Shown one piece after another: positions 41,341 to 52,770 of a stretch of 64,000 nt of DNA. The DNA is from Tolypothrix carrinoi HA7290-LM1 (GTDB taxonomy: Bacteria > Cyanobacteriota > Cyanobacteriia > Cyanobacteriales > Nostocaceae). Both the position numbers and the translations under genes were made by a program. The notes under the pieces are model-generated. The model was given only the letters and a program-made list of their open reading frames with translations, ran no database searches and had not been told where the DNA came from. Position 1 is the first letter of the stretch. Each line of letters opens with the position of its first letter. The DNA lies in NCBI GenBank assembly GCA_019358935.1, contig JAHHIK010000010.1:32001-96000 (forward strand), in the 5' to 3' direction.

Positions 41341-41558
41341 CGTTTAAACATAAGGAGAGTCCAAAGATGCTATTGCCAATTGCAATTTCCCGATAGATGT
41401 TCTGCTCATTTACTTCTAATAGGCTGATTGTTTCAAGTTCCGATTCTATAAATGGTTCAGCAATACCAATTCATTCGTTCTTTTGCAGACCAGCAGGCAA
41501 AGGTTCAGGATGAGTATTCGTACCATTCCAGGTGAGAAAACATTTCTTGGACAAGTCA

Positions 41559-42359
41559 CTACAGCCCAGGTAATCTGCGTTGGAGGGTAGCTTTAAAGAA
41601 AAATGGCAGTCCCTTAAATATGTTCAGCAATTTTAAATAAAGCTTGCCCTTTATAGTGATGCCACGATAACAGTTAAAATTTTTGACGATTTCTCCACCA
41701 AATTTCTCTTTAAACTCGTTAATGCCTAGTTTTTCGCGATCTGTATTACCAACATACCAACCTCCCCAATCATAAATCCCAATTCCTGAATTTTTGAATC
41801 TCACCATATCCTGCCAGTGATGGTAACGATTTGCCCTTCCTAAGATTGACTGATAAGAAGTATCGTCATTTTTTTTAAGAGACGCAGAATACGAAAGACA
41901 CACTCTATTTTTACTACGATAGTAAACATGCCAAACCAGAGGACTACCATCTTTTAACTTGACACATGAAATATCGATAACTCCAGCTTCTGCGCGTCTT
42001 TTTAGCCTACTTCTGTTCATCTTGGACAAATCTTTTTGTAAAGCAAATAAATCATAGAAATCAGAAAAAATATTGATAATATCAGAGTCAGGTTGTTCCC
42101 AATATTCATAAACAACATCATCTTTTTGCTCTGCTCGCCTAATCTTATATCTGTCATTCTTACCTATACTTTCGTAGAGTTCATCATGACTTTTAGTTAG
42201 GTCTATCAGTCTTGTGTGAAATTCATCAGACTGAACACCCTCAATTGGGTGCGTCCATTGCATGTAATGGAGTGCATCTACATCATGTATTTCCCCTGGA
42301 TCTTCATCAAACCAGACTTCCCCTACTGAAAAAATCAGTTTCTTTGTGACAATAACCAT
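41559..42359 (-). CDS. GNAT-fold FemAB-like acyl/aminoacyl transferase
   Basis: RYKIRRAE...YDWGG...GINEFKEKFGG. Confidence 0.65.
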   Translation of the reverse strand: MVIVTKKLIFSVGEVWFDEDPGEIHDVDALHYMQWTHPIEGVQSDEFHTRLIDLTKSHDELYESIGKNDRYKIRRAEQKDDVVYEYWEQPDSDIINIFSDFYDLFALQKDLSKMNRSRLKRRAEAGVIDISCVKLKDGSPLVWHVYYRSKNRVCLSYSASLKKNDDTSYQSILGRANRYHHWQDMVRFKNSGIGIYDWGGWYVGNTDREKLGINEFKEKFGGEIVKNFNCYRGITIKGKLYLKLLNIFKGLPFFFKATLQRRLPGL

Positions 42360-42474
42360 CTTTTATTTCTCCTATATCATTGATTAAACTCATTGAAACC
42401 GTACTCAGCAGTAACAGTTTTGAACTCAAATTGCTTGAAAATAAACCTGTTAAAAAGCAAATTCTTACCAGGAT

Positions 42475-43422
42475 TTAACCTCGACCATCTACACAAGCAA
42501 TCCATTTGCCGTCATGGATGAAATGAGGGTCGATGTGGTGCATACCACCACTATTCCAACCAGAACTACTCGGTTTCAACACTAAACTTTTTTCAATTTC
42601 TCTTTCTTGATAATTTGTAGTCGTTAACTCGGTAATCTCAAATGCTCTTACCTGAGTACCATAAGCAGGCTGACAGTCTTGGGTAAAACGAAAAATTTTA
42701 TCATTCATCATCAAAACTCTACCTGCTGGTCTAGCTATGTGTGCATTGTTGTTGACAATTGGACTCTTTGGATGTTCCAACCAAGAACCGAGCAAATCCT
42801 CTGCATAGTAAAGACGCAGGGTGTCATGTTTGTGATGAGAATTAGTTTCAGCAAATATCCACCATTTGTCAGCGTAACGGAAAATAGAGGAATCTACAAA
42901 GAATCCATCATTAAGGAGATTGCCAACGAAACTCCATTCTGTGGGAAAATTTGATGCCTTATAAAGTCGGATTGAGTTTGCTTGATGACTTTCTGGAATC
43001 AAGTAATATTCATTTTTCCATTCAAAAACGTAGGGATAAGATAAGTGAAATAGTTCGGCAATTACAATCTGTTGATACTTCCAACTAGCTCCATCTTCAC
43101 TAGTTGCAAATGCAATTTCTCCTCGACGTGTACTTTGATTCAAAACCTCAAAAAACATGAACCAGGTTAGCCCAACTTTAATCATAAAGGGGTCTGCAAC
43201 ACATGCGGCTCTGACATCTGATACATCTCTACGAGTCAGTACGGGATTTTTTGCACCCGTAGAACTGGCTAAATCAAAAGGAGATTTGCCAGAATAAATG
43301 CCAATTGACCACCTTCCCTTTTTATTTAATGCCCCTAATGGCAGTTTATTTACTATGGGAATAGGCAGATTATTCACTAATGTATAGTGCAGTTCTTTGA
43401 TGCTCTTTTTCAATAATTCCAT
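42475..43422 (-). CDS. Five-bladed beta-propeller, GH43-like / GINT1 N-terminal-like
   Basis: NPVLT, ADPF, HLSYPYVF, ARPAGR, MHHID; likely start MELLKK at 43422. Confidence 0.65.
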   Translation of the reverse strand: MELLKKSIKELHYTLVNNLPIPIVNKLPLGALNKKGRWSIGIYSGKSPFDLASSTGAKNPVLTRRDVSDVRAACVADPFMIKVGLTWFMFFEVLNQSTRRGEIAFATSEDGASWKYQQIVIAELFHLSYPYVFEWKNEYYLIPESHQANSIRLYKASNFPTEWSFVGNLLNDGFFVDSSIFRYADKWWIFAETNSHHKHDTLRLYYAEDLLGSWLEHPKSPIVNNNAHIARPAGRVLMMNDKIFRFTQDCQPAYGTQVRAFEITELTTTNYQEREIEKSLVLKPSSSGWNSGGMHHIDPHFIHDGKWIACVDGRG

Positions 43423-43545
43423 CTGTAAATTACGCTGTGAATAACTGGAGATTTTTGACGATTTTAAACTTATTATCAGATGACAAATAGAGAAAGTGAT
43501 TAGCATGAAAAATTACGTTTTCACCTCCATGAAAAACTTTGCTTG

Positions 43546-44652
43546 TTATTTAAGTATTTCCTCGTATACTGCTTTAGTCTCATTTATCATTCGCTCAACT
43601 GTAAATTCTTGCTCAAATTTTTGTCTACCCGCTTCACCCATTTGCTGACGAAGGTCAGGAGACTGAATGAGAGTTTGCAATGCGTTAGCCAGTGCTTGTA
43701 CATCTTTACGCGGTACTAGTAAGCCTGTTTTACCATGCTCAACTTCTTCAGGAATACCATTGACGCTAGTTGCCACAACAGGTAGACCAGCACGCATAGC
43801 TTCTAGAATACTGATAGGCAAACCTTCATAATGGGTACTGAGAATAAAGATTTGAGATTGGGCTAATAAATTGGGTACATCTGTTCTGTCACCTAAAAAA
43901 GAAACTTTTTCTGCAATTCCAAGGGAATGTGCTAAATCTTTGCAAAATTCCAGAGATGAACCACTACCAACCAAATCAAGGTGGTAGTCGTGGTTAGACA
44001 ATTGAGCGATCGCTTTCAGTAAGGTAGTTTGGTCTTTTTGTTCATTAAAACGTGCCACCATAATCAGTTTAGGTGGCTGTTGTGAAGAATTAGCAATAGG
44101 CACAGGATTGTTAGCAATACCATTGCGAATAGTGCAGAGTGAATTTTGATTACCAACTCCAAGACTTAGAGCTAGTTGGCGATCGCTCTCACAAACGCAG
44201 ATCAGTTTTGCTGTTAATGGTGTCAATAATTTTTCAGATATCAATGCAATGAATCCACGAAGTTTTGGGCTTCCAGGAGTAAATCCCCAACCGTGAGCGG
44301 TGAATACAACAGGTATTTTGCAAACCCATCCAGCGATACGTGCTACCACACCAGCTTTACTACTGGCTGCATGGATGATATCTGGTTTAATTTTTTTGAT
44401 TAAAGAAACACATTCTTTAATTGCTAACAAGTCACTAAATAAATTAATACTACGGGTCAAATTTGAAATTATATATAATCTCGCCTTTAAATTTGTAGCA
44501 TTCTTTGCGAGCAGACCATAAGTGCCTGTTGCGAGGTGAATTTCGTAATCTGAACGAAAGTTTGAAATCAGCTCGTAAACATTTGTCTGAGCGCCACCTA
44601 ATTCCGATTTTGTAATGATATATAGCAGTACTCGCTTATTTTGAATAATCAT
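43546..44652 (-). CDS. Glycosyltransferase family 4
   Basis: YEGLPISILEAM. Confidence 0.9.
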   Translation of the reverse strand: MIIQNKRVLLYIITKSELGGAQTNVYELISNFRSDYEIHLATGTYGLLAKNATNLKARLYIISNLTRSINLFSDLLAIKECVSLIKKIKPDIIHAASSKAGVVARIAGWVCKIPVVFTAHGWGFTPGSPKLRGFIALISEKLLTPLTAKLICVCESDRQLALSLGVGNQNSLCTIRNGIANNPVPIANSSQQPPKLIMVARFNEQKDQTTLLKAIAQLSNHDYHLDLVGSGSSLEFCKDLAHSLGIAEKVSFLGDRTDVPNLLAQSQIFILSTHYEGLPISILEAMRAGLPVVATSVNGIPEEVEHGKTGLLVPRKDVQALANALQTLIQSPDLRQQMGEAGRQKFEQEFTVERMINETKAVYEEILK

Positions 44653-44655
44653 ACA

Positions 44656-45492
44656 CTACAGTTCTTTTTCTTTGGAACCTGCTAACACACGACGAAGGAA
44701 AGATTTTAAATCTTTAGGCAAATAACAATAAACGTATCGACCCAAAGGATAGATTCCCATCCACAATGGTAAATTCAGTTCCTGAATGGCTTGCCACTGT
44801 ACACCAGCTAACTGTTTTTGACGATAGGAATATTCAAAATTACGATGCCAAAAACTTTTTGGGTGAACCCAATGTGTACCTAAAGTTTCGGGAATACTTG
44901 CCAAAAGCCAACCATACTTGGCAAATGTAATCCACAACCGTAAATCTTCTAAATCCTCCACATCAGGATATCCTCTGGCTTGTAACAAAGCTTGTTTCCT
45001 GAAAGCGACTAGTGTGTGAGCAAAAGGTACGCATTTTGCCATTGTCTTTATAAGTTGATCGTGCTCAGTTGCAGGCATTCTCACATAACGTTCTTTTCGA
45101 TTCTCGTCTTCTACGATGTAATTACATCCAACAACACCAACTTGTGGATGAGCATCCAAAAATTCTACCTGGAGACGGAGCCGCTCTGGGCAACTAGTAT
45201 CATCAAAATCCTGTCTGGCAATATACTCTGTTTGAGTGTTTGCGATCGCATAATTCAGAGCTTTGGTAAAACCCAGCCTTCCTGGTGACAGAACTTTAAC
45301 CCGCGCATCTTTTTTAGCTACTTCTGCAAGCAATTGTGGTGTTGCATCTGTAGAACCATCATCTACAATAATCCATTCAAAATCACTGTATGTTTGATTC
45401 AAAATGCTGGGAATCGCTCTATCAAAATATTGCTCACCGTTATACACTGTGGTGACAACTGAAAGTTTTTTAAACATAGAAAATATTCCCAA
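44656..45492 (-). CDS. Glycosyltransferase family 2
   Basis: IVDDGSTD, ARQDFDD. Confidence 0.9.
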   Translation of the reverse strand: MGIFSMFKKLSVVTTVYNGEQYFDRAIPSILNQTYSDFEWIIVDDGSTDATPQLLAEVAKKDARVKVLSPGRLGFTKALNYAIANTQTEYIARQDFDDTSCPERLRLQVEFLDAHPQVGVVGCNYIVEDENRKERYVRMPATEHDQLIKTMAKCVPFAHTLVAFRKQALLQARGYPDVEDLEDLRLWITFAKYGWLLASIPETLGTHWVHPKSFWHRNFEYSYRQKQLAGVQWQAIQELNLPLWMGIYPLGRYVYCYLPKDLKSFLRRVLAGSKEKEL

Positions 45493-45500
45493 ATTAGTAA

Positions 45501-46652
45501 TTAAAATTTACCCGAAAGTTCAGCTGGAATCTGACGTTTTTTTAGAAAATTGCAATACAATTGCTCCCACTGTGTAACAACTTCTTCTGTGCTGTAGTTA
45601 GCAACAACAAAATCTCTGCCTTTTTGCCCCATTTTTAATCGTTCTATCTCTGGTATTGCCATCATTTTCAACATTGCTTCGGCTAGGGCTTGAGGATTTT
45701 TTGATGATACTAAAAATCCACTTTCGCCATCCAATACTATCTCTTTTATACCGCCAACGTCTGTAGAAACAATTGGTAGTTGTGTTGCTGCTGCTTCTAA
45801 TAAAACCATTGGCATTCCTTCCCAAGCAGAAGACTTTAAATATGCGTCAGCGGCATTCATTAATGCCACCACATCACTACGAGCGCCTAAAAATCTGACA
45901 TTTGACTCGATTTGTAGCTCTTTTACTAATTCTTCAATGTCTAACTTGAGTTTTCCTATCCCGACAATAATTAACAAAGCGTTTGGGTTTTGCTTTAAGA
46001 CAATCGCAAATGCTTTGATTGTGGTGGGATAATCTTTCGGTGGATCGAAGCGCCCAACTGCTAACCATATAAATTTATCTCCAAGTCCTAATTTAGAACG
46101 AATATTACTTCTTATTTCTGAGTCAAATTTAAATTTATTTGTGTTCACAAAGTTAGGAAGAAATCTTGCTTTTTCTCTGGGAACTAGTCCTATCTGAATA
46201 TAACGTTCTACTCCAGCTTTACTTGTATTAATTGTCAAATCGCAAAGAAAGTCAGTAAATTTGTAAGCAATTTCTCGCCAACGCGCACCATTACTTTCAT
46301 CTACGCTATGAGCTGTAGAGATGATAACTGGAACCCTTGTAAAAAGTCGGACGATTCTGGCTAACAAATTTGCATGTAACATATGAGAATGCAGGATGTG
46401 AGGTTGCCAGTCATTTATCAGGTGTATCAATTTCGGGATTACTCTTGGTTCTGGAACGCCTGGTGACATATTAAGAGTCGCAATATCAAATCCGTGAGAC
46501 TGAGCCTCTAATCCCATAACTCCAAGAGGCACCATTGACAAAATCTTAACTTGATGACCTCTGTTAATAAGATTAGAAGCCAGTGCTATTACTTGCTGAT
46601 CTGCTCCTCCTAGACCTAAGCTAGTAGATAATATTAGAATTCTCAATTTCAT
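45501..46652 (-). CDS. Glycosyltransferase family 4
   Basis: WEGMPMVLLEA. Confidence 0.9.
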   Translation of the reverse strand: MKLRILILSTSLGLGGADQQVIALASNLINRGHQVKILSMVPLGVMGLEAQSHGFDIATLNMSPGVPEPRVIPKLIHLINDWQPHILHSHMLHANLLARIVRLFTRVPVIISTAHSVDESNGARWREIAYKFTDFLCDLTINTSKAGVERYIQIGLVPREKARFLPNFVNTNKFKFDSEIRSNIRSKLGLGDKFIWLAVGRFDPPKDYPTTIKAFAIVLKQNPNALLIIVGIGKLKLDIEELVKELQIESNVRFLGARSDVVALMNAADAYLKSSAWEGMPMVLLEAAATQLPIVSTDVGGIKEIVLDGESGFLVSSKNPQALAEAMLKMMAIPEIERLKMGQKGRDFVVANYSTEEVVTQWEQLYCNFLKKRQIPAELSGKF

Positions 46653-46714
46653 ATGTTATGTTCCTCAACTTTATACATATTGAATACAATCAACATTTTT
46701 ACTAAAAAATACAG

Positions 46715-47962
46715 TTAGATATACGGTATTGCCGGAGATTTTCTTGCCTGACCCAATTCTTTTGAGTAGTCTAATATACTTGTGGTTGTTATAATTAATA
46801 TGAGAGTTGAAGGCAGCCTCCATCTTTCAGCCCCTCCTGCATTTTTAGTCACAGAGCCAAAAGCAAGGGCAACAAAAAATAATGAAAGTAATAATAATTT
46901 TATCCTTTCATTGCTTTTAAAAAGTTTCCAGCCTTTTTTTAGTGCTTGAAAGCATAGTAAAAATAGAATTAATGCCTGTAGTGAACTACCAGCTGCAAAT
47001 GCAGTACGGACATCCCAAGGCATTGGTGAAAACATGAAATAGAAACCTTGAAGAGGTGAATACCAAATCCAATCAAAAGGAGTTCTGGGGTAAACACCCT
47101 GAAGGTAGGCAGAATTCCCTTCTTCTCTCATTTCTAAATAACCTAAGGTGCCTTCTGTAGATTCAAATATCATCCCACTATTATTTCCTTGAGATAATTG
47201 CTGATATATACCAACCGTTGCAAAAGTGATTAACAGTGTCAGGATAATAGAAATGAAATATAGAATTGGACGTATGTACGGTGAAATTTTTAATTTTCCC
47301 ACCTGAGTTAAGAATGCTAGTGAAGCAATTGGTATGAAATAGGCTATGTAATGTATTCTTAGATAACAACTAAAAAACACCCCTATGCATGTATAAAGTT
47401 GTGCTAGTAAGTTGTTGCGAGCTTTTGGATAACTAATTATTGCAAGCAAACCAGATATGCCAAATAGAACTGCTAGGACACTAGGTGCAGCGCGTCCAAC
47501 CTCAATGTTGTAACGCAACCAAGTTGGCCAGAATATGACAAGCGCTGCCTGTAACTCACTGAGTTTTTTCCCGAAGATAATTTGGTTAATCCATACCAGT
47601 GGAGCAATAGCAGCTACACCTAAAGTTGCATTGAAAGTTCTTATGACCCAAAGTCCAGACTCTCCAAAGGCATTGAATATCCAGCCTGGATAGAGGATAT
47701 TATAGAAGGGAACGTGTGGTTCGATATAGCCAAAGAGATCAGTACTTACAGCCTGACTAAATCTTTCTAAGTAGGGCAAGTAGTCCTCGATATCAGCATC
47801 CCCGAAGAAATGTGTCTCCTCCTGAATAAAAATCAAAAATAGCCTGACTATAAATCCTAGAACGACGATAAATAAATACTTTTTTAAAAAAGCATTTATC
47901 CAAAGAAATAGTAAAAGTGTAATTACTGCAACTAATAGAACAGGAAAGAAATTGGAAGCCAT
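46715..47962 (-). CDS. Polytopic membrane protein, probable Wzy polymerase
   Basis: About ten TM segments, low GC, located between GTs and the flippase. Confidence 0.55.
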   Translation of the reverse strand: MASNFFPVLLVAVITLLLFLWINAFLKKYLFIVVLGFIVRLFLIFIQEETHFFGDADIEDYLPYLERFSQAVSTDLFGYIEPHVPFYNILYPGWIFNAFGESGLWVIRTFNATLGVAAIAPLVWINQIIFGKKLSELQAALVIFWPTWLRYNIEVGRAAPSVLAVLFGISGLLAIISYPKARNNLLAQLYTCIGVFFSCYLRIHYIAYFIPIASLAFLTQVGKLKISPYIRPILYFISIILTLLITFATVGIYQQLSQGNNSGMIFESTEGTLGYLEMREEGNSAYLQGVYPRTPFDWIWYSPLQGFYFMFSPMPWDVRTAFAAGSSLQALILFLLCFQALKKGWKLFKSNERIKLLLLSLFFVALAFGSVTKNAGGAERWRLPSTLILIITTTSILDYSKELGQARKSPAIPYI

Positions 47963-48185
47963 TTACTGTTGTTTACTTGTAATTTGGCAAAGATATTTAT
48001 TTACCAATTAAGTATGAAAATTTATACTTAAATTTAGATGAAAGCGAAAAGCGACTTTTATAAGCAACTGAAAAGAAAAACTTATGCAGGATCATTTTAC
48101 TAATTATCATAAAACACTGTTAGCAATAAACTAAATTATATAAGTGTTTTTTTACTTGAATAAGACTTTTGTTCATTTGGGAAAT

Positions 48186-49670
48186 CTACTTTTTTGAAAA
48201 CCATAATGAAATATTGGGTTTTATATTCTGCGTATCAATAAACCATTTATTCAAAGCTATTATCTGTAAAATTTCCAAAAATAGTATTACATAAAAATGT
48301 TTAATAAGCGAAAAACTGACGATCGCAAAAATAAAAAATAATGTTAGGGGAATCTTATACCATTTACACCATATTTTTGGACTTATGTCTAGCTGATTCA
48401 TTGCTAATAATATTGCAAACAAAATACACAGATATCCTGCATTTCCTAGAACAGCTCCTATTAATCCGAACCTATTTGAAAAAATGAAAATTAACACAAT
48501 AGAAAGTAGGCTACTGAATAAGTGAATTACTAGATTCTCTACAACTGCATTCACACTGAACAAAACATAATATCCGACTGCATACAACGAATAGAGTGTC
48601 TCAATGATAATCTCAATTCGGAATGCCAAAATATATTCACTCTTTACTACATCTCCAAGCATTACATGCATCAGAAACGGTGCCAGTGTAAAAAAAGCAG
48701 TTCCTAGCCCTAATGCAACTAGTGTATTAATTTCAACTGCTTGCTTAATCTGTTGTTGCAGCTTAGTTTTATCTTTATCTAGTATTGTTATTATCTTGCT
48801 GAGAGCAGGAAGTAAAGGCTGCACAGGTAAATCTGATAATCGATTAATCACTGTTGTGAGATCGGTAATTGTTGCATAAACTCCCAATACCTTAGAACCT
48901 AATAAAGCTCCTACAATTAGGCGATCGCCTCTGGCAAAAATCATTCCACCCAACGAGGTTAGCCAGGTCATCAGACTATATCGAGCTATTGCTAATCCTC
49001 TTTTTTTGTTCCAGTTTACGTGCAGTTTCATGTTACGGGTTAAAGTTCGGAACACCCAAACATGACTCAATAAAATTGCTATAGCTGCTACAGCTTGCCA
49101 CTGCATGAGGGCGATTGTCCGTCCTCCTAGCCAAGTCACTATTAACATTCCAAAAGAAAGCAATAGCGATTCAATTGTATTGAATAAATTTGTCAAGTCA
49201 TAACGTTGATAGGCTTGTTCCACACCAATCAAAACCCTTTGAAGCAATCTTGCCCACACTACTAACCCACCAATCTGTAAAGCATGTTGAATTGTTAGTT
49301 GTTGGACTTGTCCTAATTTAGGAAATAAACTAACAATTAGTTCAGCACCAAATAACAGAGAAATAGCGGCAAGAGTTGCAAATATCAGCATTCCCCCAAA
49401 GGTTACAGTCAATGTCTCTGAAAGAGAATTGGATAAATCATCGACATCTTCTTTTACTATGTCCTGTGAGACAAATACTGTAGTTGCGACAGAAAGACCT
49501 GCCTCGGCTAAATTAACCACTTGCACCACTGCATAAGCCAGTGTCCACAACCCATATTCCTCAATTCCCAGCATCCGAATTAGTATGGGAATTGTGAGTA
49601 CAGCTAGTCCAATTCGGACTGCTCCCCCCACTGTATTGTAGAAACCATTCTTTAGTAAACTATTTTTCAC
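48186..49670 (-). CDS. wzx: Wzx oligosaccharide flippase
   Basis: LLKNGFYN...LGIEEYGLW, DRLIVGALLG; many TM segments. Confidence 0.8.
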   Translation of the reverse strand: MKNSLLKNGFYNTVGGAVRIGLAVLTIPILIRMLGIEEYGLWTLAYAVVQVVNLAEAGLSVATTVFVSQDIVKEDVDDLSNSLSETLTVTFGGMLIFATLAAISLLFGAELIVSLFPKLGQVQQLTIQHALQIGGLVVWARLLQRVLIGVEQAYQRYDLTNLFNTIESLLLSFGMLIVTWLGGRTIALMQWQAVAAIAILLSHVWVFRTLTRNMKLHVNWNKKRGLAIARYSLMTWLTSLGGMIFARGDRLIVGALLGSKVLGVYATITDLTTVINRLSDLPVQPLLPALSKIITILDKDKTKLQQQIKQAVEINTLVALGLGTAFFTLAPFLMHVMLGDVVKSEYILAFRIEIIIETLYSLYAVGYYVLFSVNAVVENLVIHLFSSLLSIVLIFIFSNRFGLIGAVLGNAGYLCILFAILLAMNQLDISPKIWCKWYKIPLTLFFIFAIVSFSLIKHFYVILFLEILQIIALNKWFIDTQNIKPNISLWFSKK

Positions 49671-49744
49671 TAAAAATATTCTCGTTAGATAAATTACTTT
49701 TTTTGAACATACAGAATAAATTGCTTAAAACTCAAACTAAATGG

Positions 49745-51934
49745 TTAGGAAAATCCTATATTAGGCAACTTCACTTTATCCTTCTTATTCCGAACGCTGC
49801 TATTTTTCTCGTAATAACCCTTGTGACTGTAGTAACCACTAATTTCAGCCGTGACCGCATTCACCACCATTCCCAAAACGTGCGATCGCGATTGCTTTAG
49901 CATCGTCTTCGCGGTCTTGGCAACAGTTGAGTCAAGCACTCCCGGACGTACAACCAGCAATATCCCATCTGCCACCTTGCTCAACATCAAGGCATCACCA
50001 AATAAACTCAGAGCAGGAGTATCAATAATTACACAGTCATACTCTTTAGCTGCCTCTTGGATCAACGAAGCCATGCGCTGCGAGTCCAGTAGTGCTGCTG
50101 GGTTAGGTGGAATTGTCCCAACGGTTAGCACATCCAAGTTAACCAGTACTTCTTGGGTAGTGCGGGGAAATTCTGCTTGACCGACTAGAACATTACTTAA
50201 TCCGATTGGGTTAGATAATTTCCAGATTTCCTGTTGACAAGAGTGACGCATATCTGCATCTACTAACAACACCCTGCGTCCCATGTGTGCCTTAGCTACT
50301 GCTAGGTTAGCTGCCACAAATGACCTGCCTTCACCTGGAGTTGAACTAACCACCGCAATTATTTTCAGTGGTTTATCAGAGATGCTAAAATCCAAGTTGG
50401 TCTGAAGCATCTCAAAGGCTGAACTTGCTAGTGAATGAGGATTATCTCTGACTGGCAGTTCTACTAAAGACTCTTTACCACCCTTCGCTTTTTGACCAAA
50501 GTGAGGAATTGTACCTAGTAAAGGATAACCAAATAGCTGCTGGGCTTGTTCAAGAGTTTTCAGGGATTGATCCATAGCTTCCAACATCAAAGCTATCCCT
50601 ACACCCAGCAAAATTCCCAAAAATCCACCGAGCGCTAGGTAGAGTATAATCTTGGAATTTGCTTTGTTGGGAACTAAAGCCGCAGATACCACCCGTGCAT
50701 TGCCGACATTTTGATTTACTACTACCTCGACTTCTTGCGATCGCTTCAACAATTCTTCATAAGTTGTTCTAGCTACTTGCAACTGTCGCTCTAGCTGTTG
50801 CTGTTTTTGTTGCAGTTTAGGTAAGACACTCAAGCGTTTTTGTGAAAGTGCGTATGCATTCTTCAAAACCGTGACTCGGTTGGCTAGTGCTGAACGTTCT
50901 ACATCCGACTGCACCAACTGAGCAGTTAGGTTTTGTTTGAGTTCTCCCATCTGCAAATTCTGCTGGGACACAGGTTGCTTGTTGACCAAATTTTCACCAA
51001 TTCTCACCTCTAACTGCTTTCTCAGGGCAGCTCCTTTTGCCATCAAATTAGCGATCTGAGGATGGTCATTTGTATAGCGAGTCTGTGCCACCGCTAACTC
51101 GTTTTCCGCCTGCTGATATTCTGTTAACACCTGCTGCACAGCTTTTGATTGGCTTAAATTGCCCATATCCACAGCTTGCTGCGAATTCAATTTCAATTGA
51201 CGTTGCAGAAGTTGTGAGCGAGTCTCGGCATCTACCAAATTTGACTGAGCCTGGGTTATCTGGTCTGATAAAGCTGTAAGTCTTTCCACACCTGTGGTAG
51301 CTTCTTGATCTAAGGCAACTACTTTGTTTTCTTCTTTAAACCGACGCAAACCTGCCTCTGCTCTTGCTACCCTTCCCTCAACGTCAGGCAATTGCTTGCT
51401 CAAAAATCTGTTTGCAGCTGTCGCTTGGGTTTGATTGACGCTAATATTGTTCTCCAGGTAATATCTCATCAGCGAATTCACAACAGCTGCGGCTTCTTTT
51501 GGATCGCTACTGTTGTAAGAAATCGCCAAGATGTCTGTACCCTTTATGCTCTTAACCTTGAGTTTTTCGAGAAACTCATCTATTTCTAGGGGTGTTCCTT
51601 GCTTATCTGTCAGCTTGAGGTTGGTGATGGTTTTCTCAACTAGCGGGTTAGAACGAATTATCTCTGCTTCTGTATCCAATGGGCTGCTTAGTTCAGTTAC
51701 ACCCCTTAACTCTCCAACTGATGCTGAGGGACTTGTCAGCGAAGAAACGCGATCGGTTTTATTAAAAAGCAACTTGCCTTCTGCTTCATAAATTGGTTTT
51801 TGCCTGAAGGCAGTTAAAGCTGACAATCCGAAAACTGAGCAAGTCACCACAGCTATGACTAGCCAACGCCTTTTGAAAATCAGCGAGTATTGTTGCAAAT
51901 CTAAGGAGTTTTGGTCTTCTTGGTTAGAGGGCAT
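49745..51934 (-). CDS. wzc: Wzc/GumC chain-length determinant with tyrosine-kinase domain
   Basis: Two TMs flanking a coiled-coil region; PGEGRS, VDADMR, IIDTP; Tyr-rich tail. Confidence 0.88.
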   Translation of the reverse strand: MPSNQEDQNSLDLQQYSLIFKRRWLVIAVVTCSVFGLSALTAFRQKPIYEAEGKLLFNKTDRVSSLTSPSASVGELRGVTELSSPLDTEAEIIRSNPLVEKTITNLKLTDKQGTPLEIDEFLEKLKVKSIKGTDILAISYNSSDPKEAAAVVNSLMRYYLENNISVNQTQATAANRFLSKQLPDVEGRVARAEAGLRRFKEENKVVALDQEATTGVERLTALSDQITQAQSNLVDAETRSQLLQRQLKLNSQQAVDMGNLSQSKAVQQVLTEYQQAENELAVAQTRYTNDHPQIANLMAKGAALRKQLEVRIGENLVNKQPVSQQNLQMGELKQNLTAQLVQSDVERSALANRVTVLKNAYALSQKRLSVLPKLQQKQQQLERQLQVARTTYEELLKRSQEVEVVVNQNVGNARVVSAALVPNKANSKIILYLALGGFLGILLGVGIALMLEAMDQSLKTLEQAQQLFGYPLLGTIPHFGQKAKGGKESLVELPVRDNPHSLASSAFEMLQTNLDFSISDKPLKIIAVVSSTPGEGRSFVAANLAVAKAHMGRRVLLVDADMRHSCQQEIWKLSNPIGLSNVLVGQAEFPRTTQEVLVNLDVLTVGTIPPNPAALLDSQRMASLIQEAAKEYDCVIIDTPALSLFGDALMLSKVADGILLVVRPGVLDSTVAKTAKTMLKQSRSHVLGMVVNAVTAEISGYYSHKGYYEKNSSVRNKKDKVKLPNIGFS

Positions 51935-52770
51935 GGCATATGTTGCAAAATTTCTCTGAAGTACTTAGTAGTGCTACCCTTCAATCGTTAAATTGCCAGG
52001 GTAACTATTTAGACAAAACTAAACAACAATTAATTAAGCAATGAGTATAAAAACTACGCTCCATTTGAAGTGCTTATGATTAGCTACTTGCAATTTTTTC
52101 GCGATCGTATTTATTTTTATACTTCATATATAGTTCTTCTCACAGAAAAATTGCTCGATAATCAAGACTTTTTTAGTTATATTTACTGAAACTTTAAATA
52201 AAGTTGATACCTTTTTAGTGAAGAAAAACAAACGTCTACGTATTTTTATGTTCGTATTTTGACTTACAGTTAGGTTAGTTTTCTGAAATCGAATTCGGCA
52301 AATAGATTTCTAGACCGAAAAATTCTCGAACTTGTTTAAAAGCAAATTCTGGCTTTTACTGTCATTTATGCTTTTTATATTTCGATTTTGGACTTTTGCT
52401 CAGTTATTTTACAATCCAAAATAATACTGAGTTATAAAGTATTAAAAAGATTGTTAAATCGAATATTATTTTCAGTATGCTTGTGTCTGCAAGATAAAAT
52501 TATTGCTTTATTTAATCTTTAAATCAAAAATCACATAAAGCACCTATCATAAATTTGTTGCATCAGTAGAATTGCCTGGATACAGTTTGGGTAAGTTTAC
52601 TGCAACTATCATCAAGTTTCTTTATTTTTCAAGTGAATTTACTGTAATACTGAGATGTGAATATTAGATAAAATACCGAGAAAGTCTAAGTGTGTAAAAA
52701 ACACGGCAGACCAACATTTTTCATACTGGTATGCCATGACACAAAACAACTCGGGTTGAGTATCGCACTC

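Noticed and set aside
41345..41556. Possible gene remnant between the GNAT and GT4 genes
   Set aside because: One minus-strand frame is nearly open but shows no recognisable family motif
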